Of a stretch of 64,000 nt of DNA, positions 1 through 8,690 are shown in pieces. The DNA is from Candidatus Levyibacteriota bacterium. GTDB lineage: Bacteria > Patescibacteriota > Microgenomatia > Levybacterales > UBA12049. Numbering within the stretch: the stretch's first letter is position 1; every line of letters begins with the position of its first letter. A model generated the notes under the pieces. It saw only the letters and a list, made by a program, of their open reading frames with translations, searched no databases and was not told where the DNA came from. Position numbers and translations under genes: made by a program. The stretch covers positions 203,485 to 267,484 of the forward strand of contig JACROF010000012.1 of NCBI GenBank assembly GCA_016214555.1, given 5' to 3'.

Positions 1-33
1 CTTTAAGATCAAAATTATTTAAATTTGAAGTAT

Positions 34-84
34 TGCCGAGCAGTGCCCCAAGAGCATTTGCTATTTCATAGCGGCAGATTCGAA
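34..84 (-). repeat. Duplicated 3' end of tRNA-Gln interrupted by a 33-nt hairpin-containing insert
   Basis: 34-43 TGCCGAGCAG equals tRNA 144-153 and 77-84 GATTCGAA equals tRNA 155-162. The insert at 44-76 has TGCC...GGCA ends and an internal GCTAT/ATAGC hairpin. Confidence 0.75.
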
Positions 85-104
85 GACGTATCTCTTCAAT
101 TAGA

Positions 105-145
105 CAGCTTAGAAATTTGCAGGAGTACCGCAATTTTCTAAGCTG
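105..145. terminator. 16-bp hairpin abutting the tRNA-Gln 3' end (possible terminator or processing stem)
   Basis: CAGCTTAGAAATTTGC / GCAATTTTCTAAGCTG inverted repeat with 1 mismatch. Confidence 0.5.
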
Positions 146-213
146 CCGAGCAGGGATTCGAACCCCAATAAACGGATCCAGAATCCGTTGTCCTACCATT
201 AGACGACTCGGCA
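143..213 (-). tRNA. tRNA-Gln(CTG)
   Basis: The reverse complement folds as a cloverleaf: acceptor TGCCGAG/CTCGGCA, anticodon arm ACGGA-TTCTGGA-TCCGT, T-loop TTCGAAT. No encoded CCA. Confidence 0.97.
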
Positions 214-265
214 TTGTTTTTAAGAATAGTTTCCTCAACTGTATTTTAGTAGTTTATTGTTTTTT

Positions 266-323
266 CTACCATTAGACCCGCCTCGACTCGCTAGCTCGTC
301 AACGCGAGGCGGGCGACTCGGCA
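266..323 (-). repeat. Duplicated 5' 21 nt of tRNA-Gln interrupted by a 37-nt palindromic insert
   Basis: CTACCATTAGA (266-276) plus CGACTCGGCA (314-323) exactly match tRNA 193-213. The insert at 277-313 has CCCGCCTCG/CGAGGCGGG terminal inverted repeats. Confidence 0.9.
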
Positions 324-364
324 ATATGAGTCAGACAATTTTACCAAAAATACGAAGTAAATTA

Positions 365-1498
365 CTAGCTTCGTTTCTTAAGCGAAGATTTTTCTTTTTG
401 AAAGAGTTTGTCTCTAAATGTATCGAGGGGGTTCTCGATAAAGAGCATGAGAAGTATGGATCCTATGATAGCGACAAGGATCGCTGCAAGAAATGATACG
501 GATGGCGAGATAAAAGAAATATTTTGAAAAAGTTTGATGAAAAAAATATGAGAGACAAAGAGAGGATAGGATATACCACCAATAAATGCGTCAATAGCAC
601 TTTTCTTACTGATGATAAAAATTGAGGGAATAGCTAGGGTCAGAAAAAGATAATAAGGAAAAGTTGTCATGTCGTAAATATGCGCAGGGGAGCTGTGGGG
701 AAGTATCGTGTAGAGAACAATGTAAACAATTGTTATTCCACTTATTATCTTATGATAGATTGGCGGTATTGAGAGCTTATGCATTTTTTTGTAAAGATAA
801 TAAGAGCCAATTCCTAAAAGGAAAAAAACAAAATATTCAAAAAATCGGTAAGTGAGCGTTGGCTGCTCCATGTGATGATAAAGATGAAAATAACCAAAAA
901 ATAATAAAAGATAAAGAATAGAAAGTATCACTAGAAATTTTTTCTTCATGTAAAAAAGAAATGGAACAATAAGATAAAAAAGCAATTCAATTTGTAGTGA
1001 CCATGCTTGTTGAATAATCAAAAATCCTGGACCTCTTGATCCTACAGAAAAATAATCAGTTGTAAGTAGTAGGGTAAGGTTTCGAAAAATAAAGTTAATT
1101 GTCTCTAGTCCTTCATGTGTCGTTTGTGGGAGAAAAAAAAGATAATGGGTAATTGCATTGTCAGGAGTGCCAATATGGAAAAAATATTTTATGATGCTTG
1201 ATCCAACGGTTAAAAAAAGAACAACAAAATACAGCGGATATATTCTTAGGAATCGATTGGTAATAAAAGTTTTATATCTCTTTTTAAGTGGGCGATATTT
1301 TGTGTCCAGAACAAGAGACATGTAAAAGCCAGAGATAATAAAAAATGAAACAACAGCAAGAGATTGGTGGAAGAAGCGAAAATTTGTCAGATTATCACTA
1401 TGAAAAGAAACAACGCTTAAAGCAAGAAGAAATCTCACAAATCCCATAAAACTGATTATATACTGTTTTGAGATAAAATTTATAGAAGAGATGAACAC
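365..1498 (-). CDS. Acyltransferase family 3 (OafA-like) membrane O-acyltransferase; true start may be 1447
   Basis: R-x-L-A...V-x-H, FFIISGF, RFLRIYP and WSLQIEL.FY motifs; polytopic. Confidence 0.9.
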   Translation of the reverse strand: MFISSINFISKQYIISFMGFVRFLLALSVVSFHSDNLTNFRFFHQSLAVVSFFIISGFYMSLVLDTKYRPLKKRYKTFITNRFLRIYPLYFVVLFLTVGSSIIKYFFHIGTPDNAITHYLFFLPQTTHEGLETINFIFRNLTLLLTTDYFSVGSRGPGFLIIQQAWSLQIELLFYLIVPFLFYMKKKFLVILSILYLLLFFGYFHLYHHMEQPTLTYRFFEYFVFFLLGIGSYYLYKKMHKLSIPPIYHKIISGITIVYIVLYTILPHSSPAHIYDMTTFPYYLFLTLAIPSIFIISKKSAIDAFIGGISYPLFVSHIFFIKLFQNISFISPSVSFLAAILVAIIGSILLMLFIENPLDTFRDKLFQKEKSSLKKRS

Positions 1499-1587
1499 TT
1501 TCTGTATTCATAATTAGCCTCGATTTGTCTATTTTGGCCCTCTATATTTGCATTTTTTACGTGTTTTTGATACAGTTGGAACTTCGA

Positions 1588-2460
1588 ATGCGACAAAGCG
1601 CACATAGTCTACGCTTGGCCGTGTCCCTTCTTCTTGGGGCAATGTTTGTCATTCCTGTGGCTTCGACAGCGTCTGCTGCAGGCTCAATTCAACTTTTAAC
1701 TGCATCTCCAATCCCATCTCAAGTAGAATCTGAACTATGCGTTAGAGAGATTCCAAATACTCTCCAAAATTTACCTTTAAGTCTTGTTCCAGAGCAGTTC
1801 CAGCGTGTTGAAACGACTATTGCCAACGCTGTTATCATATCGCAACCAAAAGATAGTCTTGTGAGATCATTTTCTCCTACTCAGACAATCATGACCAAAG
1901 TTGGTCCAGAAGATGTAGAAGAAATAGTTACTGTAACACCAGCTCCATTGCCTGTCGTATCACCAATTATTGCTGCTTCACAGACTGCTATTGATTCACA
2001 GGTTGGATCAGGTAGTAATCTTAGCGCAGAGGTTCTTTATAGTATTGTAAATAGCTATAGAGCACAGGTGGGACTCCCAGCTTTTCAGAAAGACGAGAGA
2101 ATTTGTTCTGTTGCAGCATCTCGTGCTCCAGAGCTTGATGGTGAGATCTGGGTAACACACACAATGCATGCAGGTTTCCATGCGCGAAGTCTTCCTTACT
2201 GGGCGACAGAGAATGTTATCAGTATGCGTACAGAGCAAGAGGCTTTGACTTGGTGGCTTAATTCCCCAGTGCATAGAGCAGCACTACTTGGCAATTGGAA
2301 ATATGCATGTATTGCTTGTAGTGGAAAAAGTTGTGGCATGATTTTTACGAACTTTGATCCAAAAATTGCAGTAGTTACCCCAGTTCCTACCACGCCTACT
2401 CCTCAATCAGCAGGTTCAGCTCCATCTGCAGCCCAGACAGTTACCTCAATAGTTAAATAA
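1588..2460 (+). CDS. Secreted CAP/SCP-domain protein
   Basis: Signal peptide, P/T/S-rich linker, C-terminal VNSYRAQVGL...EN...WWLNSPVHRAALL CAP motif. ATG 1588 preferred over TTG 1525. Confidence 0.85.
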   Translation: MRQSAHSLRLAVSLLLGAMFVIPVASTASAAGSIQLLTASPIPSQVESELCVREIPNTLQNLPLSLVPEQFQRVETTIANAVIISQPKDSLVRSFSPTQTIMTKVGPEDVEEIVTVTPAPLPVVSPIIAASQTAIDSQVGSGSNLSAEVLYSIVNSYRAQVGLPAFQKDERICSVAASRAPELDGEIWVTHTMHAGFHARSLPYWATENVISMRTEQEALTWWLNSPVHRAALLGNWKYACIACSGKSCGMIFTNFDPKIAVVTPVPTTPTPQSAGSAPSAAQTVTSIVK

Positions 2461-2494
2461 TTATCATTTCCCCACTTTGTGATAGAATCACAGC

Positions 2495-3730
2495 ATGAAT
2501 CTTGCTGCGCGAATGCGTCCTCAGACTCTCTCTGACTATGTAGGTCAGGAGGAATTAGTCGGTCAGGGAAAATTGATCCGTCGAATGATTGAGTCTGATA
2601 GCCTTTCAAGTATTATTCTTTGGGGACCTCCGGGAAGTGGTAAGACGACGCTTGCTTCTATCATCGCTCATGAGACAGATAGTGATTTTCATATGCCTTC
2701 AGCTGTATCAACAGGCAAAGAAGATCTCCAAAAAATTATCAAAATAGCTAAAGAACACACTCTTTTTAAAAAAAAGACAATTTTATTTCTTGATGAGATT
2801 CATAGATGGAATAAAGCTCAGCAAGATGTATTGCTTCCTTATGTCGAAACAGGCCTTGTTACTCTCATTGGGGCCACGACTGAAAATCCCTCATTTGAAG
2901 TAAATAGCGCTCTTCTGTCAAGATGTAAAGTTTTTGTACTCAAAGGATTATCTCAAGATGATTTGAGCAAAATTATTGATCGAAGTCTAAAAGACAAAGA
3001 AATAGGTATGGGAGAGCATAAAAAATCGATCAAAAAAGATGCGCAAGAACTTCTTATTCGTCTTTCAGGTGGTGATGCAAGAGTGGTGCTTAATGCCATC
3101 GAGATGGCAGTAATAAATTTTCCTTCGACAAGCTCAGGACAAGTAAAGAAAAAAGATAATGAGATTACCGTTGATATTATAAGGGAGATTTTTCAGACCA
3201 GGACTGCCGGTCTCTACGATAAAAAAGCAGATGAGCATTACAATATTATTTCAGCATTTATCAAATCAGTCAGAGGATCAGACCCTGATGCAGCGCTTTA
3301 TTATTTAATGAGGATGCTTGAGAACGGTGAGGACCCAAAATTTATTGCAAGGCGAATGATTATTTTGGCCTCTGAAGACATTGGTCTTGCAGATCGCGGC
3401 GCTTTGATTCAGGCAAATGCAGGATTTGAGGCTGTCAATAAAATAGGTATGCCAGAGGCGCAGCTTATTCTCTCCCATATCTGTCTTTACCTTGCTACTG
3501 CTAAAAAGTCACGAAGTGTACCAAATGCTATGACAAAAGCCAAAGAAGCTGTGTATCAGTATCCTAACGAGCCTGTTCCTCTACACCTGCGTAATGCACC
3601 GACTAAGCTTATGAAAGAGTTGGGATATGCCAAAGAGTATGAGTGGTCTGAGGAAAAAGTAGGACCTGCCTCAGAAGATCTCGGTTTTCTTCCAGAGAAG
3701 TTAAAGGGGAAGAAGTTTTATAGAGAGTAA
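2495..3730 (+). CDS. rarA: Replication-associated recombination protein A (RarA/MgsA AAA+ ATPase)
   Basis: LAARMRP, GPPGSGKTT, FLDEIHRWNKAQQD, GATTENP, SAFIKSVRGSD and VPLHLRNAPT motifs. Confidence 0.96.
   Translation: MNLAARMRPQTLSDYVGQEELVGQGKLIRRMIESDSLSSIILWGPPGSGKTTLASIIAHETDSDFHMPSAVSTGKEDLQKIIKIAKEHTLFKKKTILFLDEIHRWNKAQQDVLLPYVETGLVTLIGATTENPSFEVNSALLSRCKVFVLKGLSQDDLSKIIDRSLKDKEIGMGEHKKSIKKDAQELLIRLSGGDARVVLNAIEMAVINFPSTSSGQVKKKDNEITVDIIREIFQTRTAGLYDKKADEHYNIISAFIKSVRGSDPDAALYYLMRMLENGEDPKFIARRMIILASEDIGLADRGALIQANAGFEAVNKIGMPEAQLILSHICLYLATAKKSRSVPNAMTKAKEAVYQYPNEPVPLHLRNAPTKLMKELGYAKEYEWSEEKVGPASEDLGFLPEKLKGKKFYRE
3121..3143. repeat. Short REP-like repeat inserted in frame in rarA (encodes PSTSSGQ)
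   Basis: TCCTTCGACAAGCTCAGGACAAG resembles the CTTCGACAAGCTCAG palindromic repeat type and falls in a variable region of the protein. Confidence 0.55.
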
Positions 3731-3740
3731 TTTTATTTTC

Positions 3741-3793
3741 TTTAGGGGTGAAACCCCTAATTTTGGCTTGCTTCTAGGGGTTTCACCCCTAAA
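3741..3793. repeat. REPIN-like doublet of inverted REP palindromes, copy 1
   Basis: TTTAGGGGTGAAACCCCTAA - 13 nt - CTAGGGGTTTCACCCCTAAA. Confidence 0.85.
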
Positions 3794-3839
3794 AAGAACA
3801 AAGCATATAAGTGTTGTTTTAAAATGGGTGGAATCGCTC

Positions 3840-4139
3840 TTAGGAGCGATTCCACTGTGCATCCAATTTTCTGTCAATTGCAGCTCGGTGCTCTTTTACA
3901 AAGAGCATGAGATCTGCGTAATATTCAAGACAGGCGATCTGCTCTTCTGTGAACCAGGGGAGCCTAATTCGGTCTTCAACGATGATTAGGTAAGCTCTCC
4001 GAAAGGATACTTCAGAATCAGGCATGTCAGGATGCCAGTCTTCAGGGAGTTTTGTTGAAAGAGACACTTCCTCGTAAGACATGGGATGTCCCATGCTGCG
4101 GGCTATTTCAACAAGTTCATGAAGAAGCAGTTGATCCAT
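3840..4139 (-). CDS. Hypothetical protein (orphan cassette, gene 2)
   Basis: 99-aa ORF with AGGAGGAG SD; overlaps the upstream gene. Confidence 0.7.
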   Translation of the reverse strand: MDQLLLHELVEIARSMGHPMSYEEVSLSTKLPEDWHPDMPDSEVSFRRAYLIIVEDRIRLPWFTEEQIACLEYYADLMLFVKEHRAAIDRKLDAQWNRS

Positions 4140-4383
4140 CAGACTCCTCCTTTTGGTTCCTGTTGTATGACCAGGTTGCCCATGCTCGAAGAGAGATCAT
4201 GAGAATTAGTCCGCCAATGACTGCAAGATAGAAGTTCCATGGTTCGTTAAGTCCAATTAAGGAAAGGAATCCATAGAGAGCGATCGAAAACAAGATGACA
4301 CTAGCTATGGTTATGGTCTGAAATATCATGATAATGAATTGATCTTTCTGTTTATAAAGAAAGCTTTTTATTTTCGAGAACAT
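4117..4383 (-). CDS. Hypothetical 2-TM membrane protein (orphan cassette, gene 1)
   Basis: ATG 4383 preceded by AAGGAGG; two hydrophobic helices. Confidence 0.75.
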   Translation of the reverse strand: MFSKIKSFLYKQKDQFIIMIFQTITIASVILFSIALYGFLSLIGLNEPWNFYLAVIGGLILMISLRAWATWSYNRNQKEESDGSTASS

Positions 4384-4398
4384 ACAATGCCTCCTTTT

Positions 4399-4474
4399 AC
4401 TTATATGCTTTGTCAAGGTGCAAGTCCGAAAACGAACTTTGTGCATATTATAGTCTGATATTCTAGGATTGCAA
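4399..4474 (-). promoter_or_regulatory. Sigma70 promoter, small hairpin, boxA-like motif and leader arm of a 15-bp long-range inverted repeat
   Basis: TTGCAA-16-TATAAT; AAGTTCG/CGGACTT hairpin; TGCACCTTGACAAA (4409-4422); 4399-4413 is the exact reverse complement of 3798-3812. Confidence 0.75.
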
Positions 4475-4497
4475 TTAGATGCGAAGATAAAAGAGGA

Positions 4498-5130
4498 TTA
4501 TTGTTTGCCTCTATTTTGATTTATCGAGCGTACTTTTTTGGATACTATAGCGCCATTATTGTCGAGGTTGTATAGGTATACTTCGCCAGTTGCTATTTCA
4601 AATTTTGGAATATTTTCATCAGAGATATTATCAAGATACTTGATAAGTGCCCTAAGGGAATTTCCGTGAGCGCAGATTAGAATATTTTTTCCAGCAATAA
4701 GTTGAGGAAGAATTTCTTCTTTAAAATATGGTAGCACACGGTCATAAACGTCTTTTAGAGATTCTCCATGTGGAGGAGGGAAGTCCCAACTCCTTCGATA
4801 TTTCATAAATAGTCCCTCGCCAAGTTCTTTTTGCATCTCCCATTTGTTTTTACCAGTCAGATCTCCATAGTCCCTTTCTGATATAGCAGAAGAAATGATT
4901 TCTTGGAGTAAAGGATTACGCAGTGTCGATTTAATTATTTCTAGAGTCTTTTTTGCTCGAATAAGATTTGAGGTATAGGCAGTGTCAAATGAAAGATCAG
5001 CAATGGCTTCTCCAGCTTTTTTTGCTTCCTCTTCTCCTTGAGGGGTGAGAGGGACATCTGTTTTTCCTGCCCAAACCCCTTTTTCGTTGTAAGTTGATTG
5101 TCCGTGTCTGACTAGTGCGAGGTACGCCAT
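4498..5130 (-). CDS. gpmA: 2,3-bisphosphoglycerate-dependent phosphoglycerate mutase
   Basis: LVRHGQS, ERDYGDLTGKNK, RRSWD..PP.GESLKD and AHGNSLRAL motifs. Confidence 0.95.
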   Translation of the reverse strand: MAYLALVRHGQSTYNEKGVWAGKTDVPLTPQGEEEAKKAGEAIADLSFDTAYTSNLIRAKKTLEIIKSTLRNPLLQEIISSAISERDYGDLTGKNKWEMQKELGEGLFMKYRRSWDFPPPHGESLKDVYDRVLPYFKEEILPQLIAGKNILICAHGNSLRALIKYLDNISDENIPKFEIATGEVYLYNLDNNGAIVSKKVRSINQNRGKQ

Positions 5131-5139
5131 ATAGTTTTT

Positions 5140-5192
5140 TTTAGGGGTGAAACCCCTAAAATCAGTTTGTTTCTAGGGGTTTCACCCCTAAA
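5140..5192. repeat. REPIN-like doublet of inverted REP palindromes, copy 2; supplies the eno stop codon
   Basis: Same arms as 3741-3793 with a different 13-nt spacer. Confidence 0.85.
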
Positions 5193-6471
5193 GCAGCGCA
5201 TTTCTGCCTGTAAAGACTGCATTATCACCAAGTTGTTCCTCAATTCGAAGCAGCTCGTTGTATTTAGCCATTCTTTCTGATCTCGAAAGAGAGCCTGTTT
5301 TGATTTGACCAGTATTTAATCCTACAGCCAGGTGAGAAATCGTCGTATCTTCTGTTTCCCCTGAGCGGTGAGAGATAATTGCCTTCCACCCAGCTTTTTG
5401 TGCTGTCTGAACAGCTTTGATGGTTTCAGTCAAAGTACCGATCTGGTTTAGTTTTATTAGTACTGCATTTGCTTCTTTTTCGGCTATGCCTTTCTCAATT
5501 CTTTTTGGATCAGTAACAAAAAGATCATCTCCAACAAGTTGTGTTCCATTGCCAGTAAGATGAGTGAGTTTTTTCCACCCCTCAAAATCATCTTCTGCTA
5601 ATCCATCCTCAATCGAGACCAAAGGATAATCTTTAGTCATTTCAAGAAGCCAACCAATAAAAGAATCAGTATCAAGGGATTTATTTTCGGTTTTTAATAC
5701 ATAATTGTTGTTTTCCACTAACTCTGATGCAGCGACATCGAGTCCAAGAACAATGTCTTTTCCCAGATCATAGCCTGATTTTTGGATTGCATGAGAGATA
5801 AGATCAAGCGCTTCTTTATTCCCTCCCTTAACATGGGGTGCATACCCTCCTTCGTCTCCGACTGTTGTAGCATAATTTTTTTCTAATAATATTTTTCCTA
5901 AAACATGAAAAACATTTGAACCCATCTCAAGAGCTTGTGAGAAATTTCCAGCTCCAATCGGAAGAATCATGAACTCCTGAATATCGGTGGATCCAGAGGC
6001 ATGTTTGCCACCGTTTATGATATTCATCATGGGGAGAGGAAGCGAAAATTTACTATTTCCGACCATGCTTCCAAAGTATTGGTAGAGAGGTATATGTTGT
6101 GATATGGCCTCGGCTTTGGCAGCAGCAAGTGAGACAGAGAGGATTGCATTTGCACCTAAATGTGATTTATTTTCCGTTCCGTCAAGCTCTGTCATTCTTT
6201 CATCGAGTTCTTTTTGATTGGCCAAATTCTTCCCTATGATCTCCTGAGCAATTGTCGTGTTTACATTATTAACAGCCTGGTGAACACTTTTACCCTGGTA
6301 TTGACCAGGATCATTGTCTCGAAGTTCTAAAGCTTCATGAGTGCCTGTGGAGGATCCAGATGGTACTGCAGCGCGGCCCTGGGACCCATCTTCAAGTGTG
6401 ACATCTGTCTCAACAGTGGGAAAGCCTCGAGAATCCAGGATTTGCCGAGCGTGGATGTGGGAGATTTTCAT
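5188..6471 (-). CDS. eno: Enolase
   Basis: ILDSRGFPTVE, VPSGSSTG..EALELRD, GDEGG and SHRSGETED motifs. Confidence 0.98.
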   Translation of the reverse strand: MKISHIHARQILDSRGFPTVETDVTLEDGSQGRAAVPSGSSTGTHEALELRDNDPGQYQGKSVHQAVNNVNTTIAQEIIGKNLANQKELDERMTELDGTENKSHLGANAILSVSLAAAKAEAISQHIPLYQYFGSMVGNSKFSLPLPMMNIINGGKHASGSTDIQEFMILPIGAGNFSQALEMGSNVFHVLGKILLEKNYATTVGDEGGYAPHVKGGNKEALDLISHAIQKSGYDLGKDIVLGLDVAASELVENNNYVLKTENKSLDTDSFIGWLLEMTKDYPLVSIEDGLAEDDFEGWKKLTHLTGNGTQLVGDDLFVTDPKRIEKGIAEKEANAVLIKLNQIGTLTETIKAVQTAQKAGWKAIISHRSGETEDTTISHLAVGLNTGQIKTGSLSRSERMAKYNELLRIEEQLGDNAVFTGRNALL

Positions 6472-6560
6472 TATGAGATTATTATACTGTGATAAGGAGA
6501 AATAACAAGATGAGAGTTGTTTTATGAGGGAAAAGAAGGTATAATGGATAAATAATATAG

Positions 6561-6596
6561 GACTCTGCTGGGGTTTTAGGCAGAGTTTTTGTTTTT
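6561..6596 (+). terminator. Terminator-like hairpin in the typA leader
   Basis: ACTCTGC/GCAGAGT stem followed by TTTTGTTTTT, about 15 nt after TATAAT (6540-6545). Confidence 0.55.
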
Positions 6597-6610
6597 ATAT
6601 GTTTGCTGCT

Positions 6611-6769
6611 GTTCTTTTCTTTCGAGAAAAGAACCAAAAGCTTACTGCTAATGAACGATCGCTAGATTCTTTCGCTCGCTAATCGGGTAATAACACCCCT
6701 TCCGGTCATTCGCCGGGTTTCCCCTGATAGCTCGCTCTAGAATCTTTTACGCGCTGCGTTCGACGCAGA
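6611..6769. repeat. Structured ~160-nt element (MITE-like or ncRNA) upstream of typA
   Basis: GTTCTTTTCT-TTCG-AGAAAAGAAC perfect hairpin; AGATTCT...AGAATCT; CTGCGT-TCG-ACGCAG; GC-richer than its flanks. Confidence 0.5.
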
Positions 6770-6783
6770 GAACTACATTAATT

Positions 6784-8598
6784 ATGAACATACGAAATAT
6801 TGCTATTATTGCTCACGTTGATCACGGAAAGACAACGCTTGTGGACGCACTTCTCCGCCAGTCAAAGACTAAGCTTGATAAAGACATTGAAGGTTCTGAT
6901 CTTATCATGGATAGTAACGAGCTGGAGCGAGAGCGAGGTATTACTATTTTTAGTAAAAATGCGTCTGTTGTCTGGCAGGGAACTAAGATTAATATCATTG
7001 ATACACCAGGGCACGCTGATTTTGGTGGAGAAGTAGAGCGAGTGCTTACTATGGCAGATGGATGTTTGCTTCTTATCGATGCCAAAGAAGGTCCTATGCC
7101 TCAGACTCGTTTTGTGCTCAAGCAAGCTCTTGCAAAAAAACTTCGAATTATCGTTGTTGTGAATAAAATTGATCGACCTGATGCACGAATTCATCATGTT
7201 TTGGACAAAACTCTTGATTTATTTTTAGAACTTGGTGCAGATGATGCAACTGCTGATTTTCCCATCGTGTATGCCAGTGGTAAAGAGGGAAAAGCTGGAC
7301 TTGAACCCGATCTTTCAACGATGACTGACATTGCCCCTGTTTTTGATGCAATTTTAGAGCATATTCCAGCCCCCAGCGGAGATCCGACAAAGCCTCTTCA
7401 GATGCTTATGACAACAATGAGTAGTGATTCATTTAAGGGACGTATTGCTATTGGACGTATTTACAACGGTAGTATTAAAGCTGGCCAGGATGTCATGCAT
7501 ATCAATCGCCAGGGCGAGATGAAAAAATATAGACTCGTTTCTATGATGACCTTTGAAGGGCTCAATAGAGTTGATATCAAAGAAGCAGAGGCCGGGGATA
7601 TCGTAGCTATCTCAGGTATTCCTGATATCACCATTGGTGAAACGATCGCTGATGTTGCGAACCCAATCGCACTGCCACTTTTGAATATAGAAGAGCCAAC
7701 AGTCAAAATGACTTTTAGCGTCAATACTTCGCCATTTGCAGGTCAGGAGGGTGAATTTAAGACTTCCCGTCAGATAAGAGAGAGGCTTTATAAAGAATTG
7801 GAGACTGACATGGCACTTCGCATTGAAGATCTTCCAACTGGTGAGTGGAATGTGTCAGGGCGAGGCGAGCTGCACTTAGCGATCCTTATAGAGCGGCTGC
7901 GACGTGAGGGATATGAATTTCAGGTTGGTCGTCCACAAGTTATTGAAAAAACTGTTGATGGTGCAAAAATGACACCATATGAACAGCTTTTTCTAGAAGT
8001 CACCGATGAGTACTCAGGTGTTGTTATGCAGCAACTTGGTGGTCGGCGTGGAGAGCTTAAGAATATGTACTCTGACGACAACGGTATTACCTCGTTTGAA
8101 TTCCTCATCGCTACAAAGGATCTTTTTGGCTATCGATCAGAATTTATTACCGATACCAAAGGTCTTGGGATCATGAATGTTTCATTTGACAGCTATAAGC
8201 AAAGTGTTGGTGAGGTCAGGACAAGAGATAGAGGATCGCTTGTTGCATTTGAGAGCGGTGTAACAACGCTCTATGGCCTCACAGGTATTCAGGATAGGGG
8301 AGATCTTTTCATAGGTCCTGCAACACAAGTCTACAAAGGACAAATTGTTGGGCAGCATTCAAGGCCTGATGATCTGAGAGTAAACGTATGCAAAACAAAA
8401 CAGCTCTCCAACATGCGCTCAAAAGGTGATGGTACTATGGAGCATTTCAACGTCCCACATGTTATGGGTCTTGAGGAAGCGCTTGAGTATATAGGGGATG
8501 ATGAATTAGTAGAAGTAACACCCCAGAATGTCAGAATGAGAAAGAAAATCTTGGATGAAGTCGAAGAACGACGCAAAAAAGCTCAGGGCCTCTTATAA
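6784..8598 (+). CDS. typA: Translational GTPase TypA/BipA
   Basis: IRNIAIIAHVDHGKTTLVD, DTPGHADFGGEVER and GRGELHL motifs. Confidence 0.98.
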   Translation: MNIRNIAIIAHVDHGKTTLVDALLRQSKTKLDKDIEGSDLIMDSNELERERGITIFSKNASVVWQGTKINIIDTPGHADFGGEVERVLTMADGCLLLIDAKEGPMPQTRFVLKQALAKKLRIIVVVNKIDRPDARIHHVLDKTLDLFLELGADDATADFPIVYASGKEGKAGLEPDLSTMTDIAPVFDAILEHIPAPSGDPTKPLQMLMTTMSSDSFKGRIAIGRIYNGSIKAGQDVMHINRQGEMKKYRLVSMMTFEGLNRVDIKEAEAGDIVAISGIPDITIGETIADVANPIALPLLNIEEPTVKMTFSVNTSPFAGQEGEFKTSRQIRERLYKELETDMALRIEDLPTGEWNVSGRGELHLAILIERLRREGYEFQVGRPQVIEKTVDGAKMTPYEQLFLEVTDEYSGVVMQQLGGRRGELKNMYSDDNGITSFEFLIATKDLFGYRSEFITDTKGLGIMNVSFDSYKQSVGEVRTRDRGSLVAFESGVTTLYGLTGIQDRGDLFIGPATQVYKGQIVGQHSRPDDLRVNVCKTKQLSNMRSKGDGTMEHFNVPHVMGLEEALEYIGDDELVEVTPQNVRMRKKILDEVEERRKKAQGLL

Positions 8599-8690
8599 TT
8601 AAGGTTATCTAAGTGATTTTTCTGTAATTTGTATACACTTCTATTTCACCTCTTGATTTACAAAATCTTCTTTGTGTATAGTTAGTACTT

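Noticed and set aside
257-496. 79-aa plus-strand ORF
   Set aside because: It runs across the interrupted tRNA copy and antisense to the acyltransferase, with no recognisable protein features.
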